Assembly (NCBI GenBank): GCA_963745075.1
Contig: CAVUWV010000014.1
Span: 96,001 to 160,000 of the forward strand
Length of the DNA stretch: 64,000 nucleotides
Direction: 5' to 3'
Source: Candidatus Hydrogenedentota bacterium
GTDB lineage: Bacteria; Hydrogenedentota; Hydrogenedentia; Hydrogenedentales; SLHB01
Part shown: piece by piece, positions 31,638 to 40,623 of the stretch
Position numbering within the stretch: position 1 is the first letter of the stretch
How the letters are laid out: each line of letters opens with the position of its first letter
Notes under the pieces: generated by a model
Databases searched by the model: none
Told to the model about the DNA's origin: nothing
What the model saw: the letters and a program-made list of their open reading frames with translations, nothing else
Made by a program: the position numbers and the translations under genes

Positions 31638-33674
31638 TTGGCCGTTACTACGTCGAATCAGGAAGAATCCGAGTTCATCGCGCTCGAAAAAGACCTCATC
31701 GATGGTGCCCGCGCCGCGATCGAAGCGACGCAGCAATACCTGATCCGGAACCAGCACGACGACGGTCACTGGTGTGCCGAACTCGAGGGCGACACCATCC
31801 TCGAGTCGGAATATATTCTTGCAATGCATTACATCGGCCGGACGCACGAAGATCGCGTGCGAAAAGCCGCCAACTATATCCGGAAACACGCGCTGCCCGA
31901 TGGCGGCTGGGCCATTTATCCGGGAGGCGCCGCCGATGTCAGCGCATCGGCCAAGGCCTACTTCACCTTGAAGTTGCTCGGCGACGATCCCCACGCGCCG
32001 CATATGACCACGGCTCGTGAGGTGATATGCAATCTGGGCGGGCTCGACGCCACGAACAGCTTTACGCGGCTGTACCTGGCGATTTTCGGCCAGTATCCCT
32101 GGGAGAAATGCCCGGCTGTGCCGCCGGAAATTGTCCTGCTTCCCCCATGGTCACCCATTAATTTGCACGATATGTCGTCCTGGAGCCGCGGGATCGTAGT
32201 GCCGCTCGCGGTGATCTGGGCGCACAAACCCCATTGTCCCGTTCCCGAGCACGCGAACATTCCGGAACTTCGCGTCGACGGTGCCGAGCACGAGTACAAA
32301 ATGACCGGCAAGTGGTCCGCCTTTTTCATGACCATCGACACGACCTTGAAGGCGGTCGAGAATACCCACCTGACCCCGCTTCGCGAGAAGGCCCTCAAAG
32401 CCTGCGAGCGCTGGATGGTCGGTCATTTTGACAAGAGCGACGGTATTGGCGCCATCTTTCCGCCGATCGTCAATTCGATCATCGCGCTCCGGTGTTTTGG
32501 CTACAACAACGATCATCCCCTGACCCAATCCCAGATCGCCGAACTAGAGAAGCTGGAAATCGACGAGGACGATACGGTCCGCCTGCAACCCTGCTTTTCC
32601 CCGGTGTGGGATACGGCGTACGTCATGCACGCCTTGCTCGAATCGGGCCTCGACAGCAAGCATCCGGCCCTTGTGAAGGCGGGGGAATGGATCCTGGGCA
32701 AGGAAGTCCGCGTGGCCGGCGATTGGAGAATCAAGAGTCCGCACGCCAAGCCGGGCGGCTGGTACTTCGAGTACAACAACGATTTTTACCCCGACATGGA
32801 CGACACCTTCGAGGTGTTGACGACCCTCGGCCGCATGACCTTCCCCGACGAGGCCACGGAAAAGCAGAAGCAGGATGCCATGCAGCGGGCCGTCGATTGG
32901 ATCACGGCCATGCAGAATACCGATGGCGGGTGGGGCGCCTTTGACCGCGGCTGCGATAAGGAATTCCTAACGCAGATCCCGTTCGCCGATCACAACGCGA
33001 TGATCGATCCCAGCACCAGCGATATCACCGCGCGAGGTGTCGAAGCGCTGACGTTTCTCGGGTATGGCCGCAACCACCCGATGGTGAGCCGGGCGCTCCA
33101 GTTCCTCATGAAAGAACAAGAACCGGACGGCACATGGTTTGGCCGCTGGGGCGTCAACTACATCTACGGAACCTGGCTGGCCCTCTGCGCCTACCAGGCC
33201 GCGGGGGAAGATGTGCAACAAACGTCGGTTCAGCGCGCGGCGAAATGGCTCCGCAGCATTCAGAACCTGGACGGCGGCTGGGGCGAATCTCCCAAAAGCT
33301 ATGAGGATTCCGAACACAAAGGCAAAGGCCCCAGTACGGCCTCGCAAACCGCGTGGGCCCTGATGGGTCTCATGGCCACCGGCGACTACGACAGCCTCAG
33401 CGTGCAACGCGGCGTCGCGTATCTTTTGCAGACCAAGCGGCCCGACGGTTCTTGGTTCGACGAGCATTGGACCGGCACCGGGTTCCCGTGCGTGTTCTAT
33501 CTCCACTACCATTACTACGCCATCTACTTCCCGTTGATGGCCCTCGCGATTTACAGTAAGAAATGTGGCGTAGGCGTCTCGCCTGCATCCTTGGATCTCG
33601 ATAAGTCAGATCGGTCCGATCGGCCTGATCCGTCTGGTACGCGCTGGGCGGATGCAGCACAACCGCAGGATTAG
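31638..33674 (+). CDS. shc: Squalene-hopene cyclase
   Basis: QW repeats (QNTDGGW, QEPDGTW, QNLDGGW), catalytic DMDDT, PFADH, GRWGVNYIYGT, GTGFP; TTG 31638 after GGAG (ORF opens at 31539). Confidence 0.97.
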   Translation: MAVTTSNQEESEFIALEKDLIDGARAAIEATQQYLIRNQHDDGHWCAELEGDTILESEYILAMHYIGRTHEDRVRKAANYIRKHALPDGGWAIYPGGAADVSASAKAYFTLKLLGDDPHAPHMTTAREVICNLGGLDATNSFTRLYLAIFGQYPWEKCPAVPPEIVLLPPWSPINLHDMSSWSRGIVVPLAVIWAHKPHCPVPEHANIPELRVDGAEHEYKMTGKWSAFFMTIDTTLKAVENTHLTPLREKALKACERWMVGHFDKSDGIGAIFPPIVNSIIALRCFGYNNDHPLTQSQIAELEKLEIDEDDTVRLQPCFSPVWDTAYVMHALLESGLDSKHPALVKAGEWILGKEVRVAGDWRIKSPHAKPGGWYFEYNNDFYPDMDDTFEVLTTLGRMTFPDEATEKQKQDAMQRAVDWITAMQNTDGGWGAFDRGCDKEFLTQIPFADHNAMIDPSTSDITARGVEALTFLGYGRNHPMVSRALQFLMKEQEPDGTWFGRWGVNYIYGTWLALCAYQAAGEDVQQTSVQRAAKWLRSIQNLDGGWGESPKSYEDSEHKGKGPSTASQTAWALMGLMATGDYDSLSVQRGVAYLLQTKRPDGSWFDEHWTGTGFPCVFYLHYHYYAIYFPLMALAIYSKKCGVGVSPASLDLDKSDRSDRPDPSGTRWADAAQPQD

Positions 33675-33682
33675 TTAGTACC

Positions 33683-34684
33683 ATGCGTTTCCCATTCCAT
33701 ATCACCCTGGATTCCATCAAGCACCAGGTGCGCAACGGCATCAAAGGCAACAAGCGCTATCCCATGGTCATGATGCTGGAGCCGTTATACACGTGTAATC
33801 TCGCCTGCATCGGCTGTTCCACCGAACGCCATACCGGAAAACTGAAGGATCGGGTGGCACTGGAGAAATGCTTGCAGGCTCTGGACGACTGCGGCGCGCC
33901 CATCGTGTCCATCTGCGGCGGCGAGCCCACGCTCTATCCCGAATTGAAAGAACTGATCGAAGGCATCATCGCGCGCAAACGGCACATTTACCTCTGCACC
34001 AACGCCCTGTGCCTGGAAAAGAAAGTCTTCGGAAAGATAGCGCCCCACAAGCGCCTCACCATCAACATTCATCTCGACGGCATGCGTGAGACCCACGACA
34101 AGGTCTGCGCGAAAGATGGCGTGTTTGACGAAGCCATCGCCATGCTCAAAGAGGGCAAGCGTCTCGGCTACCACATGTACACCAACACCACCATCTACCG
34201 CGAAACCGAGATGGAAGAGGTCGAAGAGTTGTGCGAGGTATGTGTCGCCGCCGGGGTGGACGGCATGCTGATCGCCCCCGGCTACCAGTACTCCAGCGTC
34301 GACAAGGACATCTTCCTCAATCGCCGGCAGATCAACGATAAATTCAAGCGCGTACTCGAACTGTCCAAGCGCTACCGGCTCAGCTCGACCCCCATGTACC
34401 TCGAATTCGCCGCCGGCATGCGCGACTACAAGTGTTCCCCATGGAGCACCGTGACCTACACGCCTAACGGCTGGAAAGGCCCCTGCTACCTCATCGGAAA
34501 GAATCACTTCGAAACCTGGGATGAGTTCTGGAACACCACCGACTGGGAGTACTGGGAATCCCGCCAGGACCAACTCTGCCAGAACTGCATGATGCACAGC
34601 GGCTTCGAAGCCTCCGCCGTCTTCGAACTCAAACACAGCCCCAAAGACATGGTCCGCATGGCCGCCTGGAATTTGCTCGGGTAA
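33683..34684 (+). CDS. hpnH: Adenosylhopane synthase (radical SAM)
   Basis: MMLEPLYTCNLACIGC, CGGEP, LCTNA, GWKGPCYL, CQNCMMHSGFE; directly after shc. Confidence 0.93.
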   Translation: MRFPFHITLDSIKHQVRNGIKGNKRYPMVMMLEPLYTCNLACIGCSTERHTGKLKDRVALEKCLQALDDCGAPIVSICGGEPTLYPELKELIEGIIARKRHIYLCTNALCLEKKVFGKIAPHKRLTINIHLDGMRETHDKVCAKDGVFDEAIAMLKEGKRLGYHMYTNTTIYRETEMEEVEELCEVCVAAGVDGMLIAPGYQYSSVDKDIFLNRRQINDKFKRVLELSKRYRLSSTPMYLEFAAGMRDYKCSPWSTVTYTPNGWKGPCYLIGKNHFETWDEFWNTTDWEYWESRQDQLCQNCMMHSGFEASAVFELKHSPKDMVRMAAWNLLG

Positions 34685-34803
34685 GGTCCGTGCTTGTCCG
34701 TGTGCAGTCAAGGTGTCCCCGATCAATCGGGTGTATATCGAGTTTGCCGTCACAGGGCGAATAGCAGGTGAAAATCGGGTGTGCAAGATGAGAGGTTGAG
34801 TCA

Positions 34804-35041
34804 ATGGAGTAAAAGATAGACGCCCATTTTGATGGGAAAGTTATCATACCCGACGAACTTGTCAATCTGCCAGCCGGCCAACGTCTACCGCCGGCCAACG
34901 TCTACGCGTTCGCCTCGAACTAGCGAATCGCTTACTCCGCGCTTTGCCAACCTGCCGGACTTCTCAACAGATTTCGAAGACGCGCCATGCAATCTCGCCT
35001 CCCAACACGACTATTACCTTTACGGAACTCCGAAACGTTAG
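34804..35041 (+). pseudogene. Inactivated antitoxin-like gene (AHFDGKV...QHDYYLYG type)
   Basis: ME*KIDAHFDGKVIIPDELVNLPAGQRL... with stop at codon 3, a tandem GCCGGCCAACGTCTAC duplication and C-terminal NLASQHDYYLYGTPKR*. Confidence 0.6.
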
Positions 35042-35109
35042 TGCTTACAACGCACAAGTCTCTTACGGGTGCGCGTCCACGTCGAGTTAGGGGAGGTCAA
35101 CTAATAGCC

Positions 35110-35616
35110 ATGTGGGAGCGAACGAGCGCAAATTCAAAGCAGGTCATATCACATGCTCGCGAGCGAGCCATGGAACTTCATCGCGACCGCGTCCAGGCAG
35201 AACACCTCCTTCTTGGAATCTGCCTTATTTCGGACTGCATTGCTGGGCGGATATTTTTGCAGAAAGGCGTAGAATCGGAGACGCTCGTCTCAACTAATCT
35301 CAGTGAATCGCAACCTGGGGCGACAGACCACGCGAAAGAGATTTCTTTCGCAGTGCCTGCGAAGCGAACGTTGGAGCATTCAGTAGACGAAGCTTATAGA
35401 ATGAACGGCGGCTACGATGGCCAAATTGGAACCGAGTGCCTTCTCATCGGAATTCTTCGCGAAATAGACTCCGTCGCTGCACAGGACCTTCAAAGTCACG
35501 GACTGAATGCGTCTGACGTGCGCCCGGAGGTCGAACGATCCCTTCTCGCGCACCCGAAAAAACACCGAATCCAATGCATAGTGCGCGGCGCAATCTGCTC
35601 GTCACCGCCCATTTGA
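35110..35616 (+). CDS. Stand-alone Clp N-terminal (repeat) domain protein
   Basis: MWERTS...AEHLLLGI and second repeat IGTECLLIGILRE; no AAA+ domain; GGGAGG RBS. Confidence 0.75.
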   Translation: MWERTSANSKQVISHARERAMELHRDRVQAEHLLLGICLISDCIAGRIFLQKGVESETLVSTNLSESQPGATDHAKEISFAVPAKRTLEHSVDEAYRMNGGYDGQIGTECLLIGILREIDSVAAQDLQSHGLNASDVRPEVERSLLAHPKKHRIQCIVRGAICSSPPI

Positions 35617-35841
35617 CTCGACCACCAATTGATGTCGTGCCTTGGGGCGCCGCTTCCCGAGCTTCTGCAAGCTTTCGAGATGTAGATCCAGTGCCTCACA
35701 CGCGTTGCTGAACGCTTCGCTCAGCGATTCCCCGCTTGTGATGATATCCGGAATATCTGGAAAATCGACGGTGTACGCCGGCTCCCTTGCCTCGTATGTG
35801 ATGGCAAATACATAACCGCGGTATTCATGAATTGTGTTCAT
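35602..35841 (-). CDS. hicB: HicB family antitoxin
   Basis: YTVDFPDIPDIITSGESLSEAFSNACEALDLHL. Confidence 0.88.
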   Translation of the reverse strand: MNTIHEYRGYVFAITYEAREPAYTVDFPDIPDIITSGESLSEAFSNACEALDLHLESLQKLGKRRPKARHQLVVESNGR

Positions 35842-36073
35842 GGCCCAGTACCCTCAGGAGACGCCTGATATCTGATGCGAAGCAAGTCTTGCGGCCGCCA
35901 TGCGGCTTTACGACGGTAAGCACGCGACCATCGGTCCGATGGTAGGCACAATGGCTGCCCCGCTGATTAAACAATACGAATCCTTCATTTCTCAGAAGTG
36001 CATCGACCTCGTTAAATCGGATACTTCCCGGAGAATCCCGCATCTTGGCGATCAACTTCTCTCGTCGGGTCAT
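35825..36073 (-). CDS. hicA: HicA family toxin
   Basis: IRFNEVDALL..GF...RGSH..Y....LTVVKPH; overlaps hicB; GAGGAG RBS. Confidence 0.85.
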   Translation of the reverse strand: MTRREKLIAKMRDSPGSIRFNEVDALLRNEGFVLFNQRGSHCAYHRTDGRVLTVVKPHGGRKTCFASDIRRLLRVLGHEHNS

Positions 36074-36172
36074 TAATCTCCTCCGCTTCGGTCCGCTCCC
36101 GGAGCGCAATCCACTCTTCATTTATAATAGCATTGCATACGATACCTGTACACTGACCGATCGCGCTACCAA

Positions 36173-36258
36173 ACAGCAGTTTCGAAGCCTCCGCCGTCAT
36201 CGAACTCAAGCACAGCCCAAAACACATGGTTCGCATGGCCGTCTGGAACCTGCCGGGA
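36173..36258 (+). repeat. Diverged direct repeat of the hpnH 3' end (34596-34681)
   Basis: Ungapped manual alignment, 73/86 identical nt. Confidence 0.9.
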
Positions 36259-36807
36259 AAGCGTCGGCCGCCGGACTGTGTAGGCCCGTGGCCGCCCATA
36301 TACCGGTCGAACGCCCGTGACGTGTATCTCATTCGCTTACGGTCGGAGATGATCCCGCCGAATATCAGGCCGTCTATTGTGAAGGCGGAGACAAGGTCGT
36401 GATTGACCTGCCGGAAATCAAAATCTCCCTTCAACAAGGTAATGAGAACGTCTGAATGATTTCGCATGATCCAGGAAAGCAAAGACATCCGTGACGCCAG
36501 CAAGTTGTTCCCTGAGACGACCCCGGCAATTCACCCTTGCCCCCTTTCATGGGGGGTCATCGGGGGGGAGGTTTACCGCGAAATTGCACCGTTGCGTGGT
36601 TGAACTGGCTATCCGACGCCGGACACAAACGGCGGACCTATTTCGAAGTGACACGTTTTGACTCGGAAATGTTACCTTTTGTGCCAGATTCCCAAAATGT
36701 TTCCATCTGTTACCGGTGCAACTCCTTACCGGCGAAACTCCAATCTTTTCCGGCACAGCCCTTGCTCCCCATGTCGTCATCGTTTCGACTATACACAAGG
36801 CATCGGA

Positions 36808-37335
36808 ATGTCTCAGAGGTCTTTGAACTACCGTGTCGGTGTTGCATTGCTCGGCGTCCTGGTTGCGGCGATGCCGCTCGCAGGGTGCAAGACCGCGCCG
36901 GAAGTGTTACCCACACCGGAACAGGAGCACGAAGCCGTCACACCGGCGCCGCCCCCGCAACACCAACAGCCCCCGTCCGCATCTGCGACTGGGGAACCCG
37001 AGCGTCCATCCAACCCCGAGCCACCTTCGAAAGTTAAGGCGGAGACCGGTGAAGCGTCGTGGTACGGTGGACCGCTCAATGGAAAGAAAACCGCTTCGGG
37101 AAAGATATATGACCCCAACGCATATACGGCGGCGCATAACAGCTTGCCATTTGGCACCCGCGTCCGCGTCATCAATCTGGACTCGGGCAAACATGTCGAT
37201 GTCGTTATCAATGACCGGGGGCCGCATGTCGACGGGCGCCTCATCGATCTTTCGCAGGCGGCAGCCGAAGCAATCGGCATTAAGAAAGATGGCGTACAAG
37301 AAGTACGCATCGAGGTGCTCGAATCGGGTACGTAA
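36808..37335 (+). CDS. rlpA: Septal ring lytic transglycosylase RlpA family lipoprotein
   Basis: Lipobox LAGC; GEASWYG, TASG, TAAHNSLPFGT, INDRGP, IDLS. Confidence 0.92.
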   Translation: MSQRSLNYRVGVALLGVLVAAMPLAGCKTAPEVLPTPEQEHEAVTPAPPPQHQQPPSASATGEPERPSNPEPPSKVKAETGEASWYGGPLNGKKTASGKIYDPNAYTAAHNSLPFGTRVRVINLDSGKHVDVVINDRGPHVDGRLIDLSQAAAEAIGIKKDGVQEVRIEVLESGT

Positions 37336-37382
37336 CGCGGCGCGTCACGCCCTCCGGCGTCGGCTGGTCGATCCTGATCGGC

Positions 37383-37604
37383 TCAATGTTCGGTTCGGCA
37401 TGAACGCGCGCGCGAACGCTTTTTTGACCGCGTGATCTTTCCACACTCAAAGACCCGAGTGCATGACGACGGGTATACTGCCCCACCTGACCGCAAACGC
37501 CGCGGGGGTGTCGGCCACCGAACCGTAGAGGTGCGCTGCGATAGGGATGCTGGCCACGATATGCAACGAGCGCAGGGTGTACTCCGTTTCGTAGGTGCTC
37601 TCAT
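37383..37604 (-). pseudogene. Pseudogene of a small membrane protein downstream of the VOC gene
   Basis: MRAPTKRST then shifted frame LRSLHIVASIPIAAHLYGSVADTPAAFAVRWGSIPVVMHSGL*VWK; frameshift plus internal TGA; 3' end approximate. Confidence 0.5.
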
Positions 37605-37608
37605 CCCC

Positions 37609-37974
37609 TCACCCTCGCGGTGCGCGCACTTCGACTGGGATCCCTTCCGGCCCGGCGCACATGAAGTACACATTCGGCCCGCCGTCGCTCAATTCACGTT
37701 TCATGGGTACACCTGCGTGCTGCAATCGCGCGTACAGTTCTTCGACCTGCGCCGCTTCTTCCAGCACGAATCCCACATGGAAATCGTGCGGATAGAGGGG
37801 TGCGGACGTTTGATTCGTCAAGTTGCTAAGTCCCAGCGAGAAACCCGCGCCGTCATCCAATATCGCCATCTCGTTTCGACGCGTGTAGTCGCATTGCAGA
37901 CCAAAATGCGTTTCAAAGAACGAGCGCGCCGCGTGAATGTCCGATACCTGAAGATCGAGATGATTGAGTTTCAT
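37609..37974 (-). CDS. VOC/glyoxalase family protein
   Basis: LNHLDLQVSD, FHVGF, GPEGIPVEV. Confidence 0.88.
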   Translation of the reverse strand: MKLNHLDLQVSDIHAARSFFETHFGLQCDYTRRNEMAILDDGAGFSLGLSNLTNQTSAPLYPHDFHVGFVLEEAAQVEELYARLQHAGVPMKRELSDGGPNVYFMCAGPEGIPVEVRAPRG

Positions 37975-38050
37975 GGTTGCACCTCATTTCTGCCCGGGCC
38001 GCGTGACGGATCGGATCGCGGCCGTGATCTTCCCAGCCTTGCAAATTGAT

Positions 38051-38065
38051 TATACAGAATGTATA
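38051..38065. promoter_or_regulatory. Putative TetR operator between divergent VOC and tetR genes
   Basis: Palindrome TATACA-GAA-TGTATA. Confidence 0.5.
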
Positions 38066-38149
38066 TCTAACTTGCAACTGAGCAAATCGAACGGAAACTC
38101 ATGGGATGGAAACGGGATGAATTCAAGAGGGGCGAAGATAAATGCGAAC

Positions 38150-38800
38150 ATGCCACGCAAGTGCCCGCGTCCCTATCGCTTAGGGCAACGCGCGACCGCG
38201 ATGGAAGAGACTCGGGTGCGGATTCTGGCGACCGCTGAGGAGATCATCCTGAGCCAGTGGGCCTTCTCGGAGTTTTCCATGGAGGCCGTAGCGCGCAAGG
38301 CTGGCGTTACTCGCGTAACCGTATATCATAGGTTCGGTTCGAAACGGGGATTACTCGAAGCGTTATTTGACCGTATCGGAACCCGCGGCCGCCTCGGAGA
38401 GATGATCCCCGCCGCATTTTCACATTCCGACGCCGTCGAAGCACTTCGTGCGTATGTCCTTGCGTTCTGCGATTTCTGGGACGGTGATCGCGTACTAAAT
38501 CGCCGGCTGCGCGGATTCGCGCTTTTGGACAAGGATTTTGCCGAAGTGATCGCATCCCGATACGCGCGGCGTCATCGGGCGATCGAGGTGCTGCTTCGTC
38601 GTCTGCAATCCCATGGCTGCTGCAATATCTCCGTGAACCAAGCGGACCTCATCCAAACTCTGCTTGCTTTGACGAGCTTCGAATTCTACGATGAACTTGC
38701 CGGACAACGCCGCCCGGAACAGATCGCTCCCATTGTGTTTCGACTCGTATCGTCGGAGTTGGGTCTGACACCGGATCTCCCCGAAGTAACCGGGAACTGA
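38150..38800 (+). CDS. TetR/AcrR family transcriptional regulator
   Basis: TRVRILATA...SMEAVARKAGVTRVTVYHRFGSKRGLL. Confidence 0.92.
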   Translation: MPRKCPRPYRLGQRATAMEETRVRILATAEEIILSQWAFSEFSMEAVARKAGVTRVTVYHRFGSKRGLLEALFDRIGTRGRLGEMIPAAFSHSDAVEALRAYVLAFCDFWDGDRVLNRRLRGFALLDKDFAEVIASRYARRHRAIEVLLRRLQSHGCCNISVNQADLIQTLLALTSFEFYDELAGQRRPEQIAPIVFRLVSSELGLTPDLPEVTGN

Positions 38801-38803
38801 AAC

Positions 38804-39475
38804 ATGCGCGAAGCCATGGAGAAGAGCAAACTGGGGAGCGTCTACGACCGCGTCGCGAATCGCTATGACTTCCAGCATGGATTCCTCACGGCGAAATCGG
38901 ATCAGCGCGGCCGGAGGTTGCTCGTGGAGAAGGCGGTCAGCTCCGGCGATCAAGTCCTTGATTGCGGGGCCGGCACGGGGATCACCGGGCTCATGGCCGC
39001 AGAAAAGGTCGGTCCCGACGGCAAGGTCGTCCTGTTCGATATGAGCGAAGGCATGTTGGCGGTCGCGAAGGAAAAGGTGGTGCGCGCCAATCTGCAGGAC
39101 CGCATCGAATTCGAAGTGGGGGACATGCTCGATCTGCCCTTCGAAGATGATCGCTTCGACGTGGTTTTGTCGACGTACAGTCTCTGTCCGGTCTTCGATC
39201 CCGCGAAGGGTGCGGCGGAGCTGTATCGCGTCACCAAACCCGGCGGCAGGATCGGCATCGCCCATTCCACCGAGCCCCAATCCCGATGGATGAAATGGCT
39301 GTCGGACCGGGTGGAGGGGGTCGTTTGGCACATTCCGTCAATCTCGCTGGGCTGCCGTTCGGTCTCGGTCCTGCCCACCCTTGAACGCCTGGGTGGCCAG
39401 ACGACGTTTCAAAAACACATCGGCGTGCCGTTGTGGCCGTTCAGTGTTTTTGTTTTCAAGAAATCCTCGTGTTGA
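38804..39475 (+). CDS. Class I SAM-dependent methyltransferase (UbiE-like)
   Basis: YDRVANRYD, VLDCGAGTG, DMSEGML, LPFEDDRFDVV, RVTKPGG. Confidence 0.88.
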   Translation: MREAMEKSKLGSVYDRVANRYDFQHGFLTAKSDQRGRRLLVEKAVSSGDQVLDCGAGTGITGLMAAEKVGPDGKVVLFDMSEGMLAVAKEKVVRANLQDRIEFEVGDMLDLPFEDDRFDVVLSTYSLCPVFDPAKGAAELYRVTKPGGRIGIAHSTEPQSRWMKWLSDRVEGVVWHIPSISLGCRSVSVLPTLERLGGQTTFQKHIGVPLWPFSVFVFKKSSC

Positions 39476-39592
39476 CCCAAGCTCGGTGACCATCGGTGCA
39501 ACTCTGAACGTTCCTCAACGACTACGCATGCTCTATAAGGTGCTTGTATGCATTGCTTTGTGTGTTTCTTGTGAAAATTGTAAAATTCCCTA

Positions 39593-39628
39593 TTGACAAA
39601 TCAACGAATTAAAGATATATTTATCTTT
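39593..39628 (+). promoter_or_regulatory. Sigma70 promoter with overlapping palindromic operator (probable Rrf2 site)
   Basis: TTGACA-N17-TATATT; AAAGATA-TATT-TATCTTT at 39611-39628 overlaps the -10 box. Confidence 0.7.
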
Positions 39629-39657
39629 GAAGCGTTAATCCAGGGGGGACGCGAGCG

Positions 39658-40167
39658 ATGAAACTCTTCTCACGCGCAAGTGAATACGCGATTCTTACCC
39701 TTATGCACGTCGTCGAGCGGGACTCCCTCGAAGGGTTTTCTCCAAAAGACGTATGCACTTCTGCCGGCATACCCGAAGCCTTCGCCCGCAAAGGGCTGAT
39801 TGCCCTCGCCAAAGCTCGCATTCTTTCCGGCACACCTGGACCCGGCGGCGGGTACCGATTATTGCACGAGCCCTCCGAAGTCTCCCTGTTGGACATTGTG
39901 CTCGCCGTGGACGGCGACCGCGCCTTTGACGAATGCCCGCTTGGCGTGCGGTGCGACGAAACCGACAAAGAAGACTGCCCGCTGGTGTGCGCCACCTGCA
40001 TGCTCGCGGAACCAAACTGCGGTCTCGACCACCTGTGTCCCATGCATTCACTGTGGCGCGATGCCAAAGAGCTGGTCGTCAACCGTCTGCGCGATACGAC
40101 GCTTGCAGACGTTCGTACGCGCGTAAACACGATCGCGCAGAAGGCTGAGCCCGGGGACACGGCGTGA
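39658..40167 (+). CDS. Rrf2 family transcriptional regulator with expanded Cys-rich region
   Basis: SRASEYAI, GPGGGYRL, VSLLDIVLAVDG, CPMH..W. Confidence 0.92.
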   Translation: MKLFSRASEYAILTLMHVVERDSLEGFSPKDVCTSAGIPEAFARKGLIALAKARILSGTPGPGGGYRLLHEPSEVSLLDIVLAVDGDRAFDECPLGVRCDETDKEDCPLVCATCMLAEPNCGLDHLCPMHSLWRDAKELVVNRLRDTTLADVRTRVNTIAQKAEPGDTA

Positions 40168-40315
40168 AATGGCCGCCGTCCAAACTTGCATACACCGAAT
40201 TCCGCGTCGGGGAAAACGTACGCGGAGTTCGGCTGAGATAAGGGGTTCACGTAACGAGCCCTAGCTGATTCAGTGCCGGATGGCCGGGCCGCAGGGCCTG
40301 GTTGGGGGAGGATCG

Positions 40316-40621
40316 ATGCAGCAGCGAAGCTTCATACGATCGATTCAGTCCGCGATTGGCCGTATACCTTCTTTCGTCGCGTGGTTGTTCAAGCCTGAGA
40401 AGTTTGATGGTGCACCGTGCGATGAAGCGCCGCCTCCCACCCACAAACACACCTCGTTTTTGCGTTGGGTTTTCTCGTGCGATGCGCTGGAAACGGAAGT
40501 GCCGATCCAGCGCGGGCCGAAGGAACCTTCTTTCTTTGCATGGCTGCTCGCACCGGAACGTCTCGAATCGAACTCGACCGAGCGCAACGGGGCCGGCGCG
40601 AAACCTACCGACGGGACTTGA
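40316..40621 (+). CDS. Small hypothetical protein with three SFxxW repeats
   Basis: GGAGG RBS; SFVAWLFKPEKF / SFLRWVFSCDAL / SFFAWLLAPERL; ends 2 nt before the cytochrome gene. Confidence 0.65.
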   Translation: MQQRSFIRSIQSAIGRIPSFVAWLFKPEKFDGAPCDEAPPPTHKHTSFLRWVFSCDALETEVPIQRGPKEPSFFAWLLAPERLESNSTERNGAGAKPTDGT

Positions 40622-40623
40622 CC

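Noticed and set aside
36340..36460. Possible second HicB-like remnant (AEYQAVYCEGGDKVVIDLPEI)
   Set aside because: Resemblance too weak and short, and no start codon in frame
39980..40005. CATC in the Rrf2 protein as a c-type heme site
   Set aside because: Followed by Met, not His, and the protein is cytoplasmic
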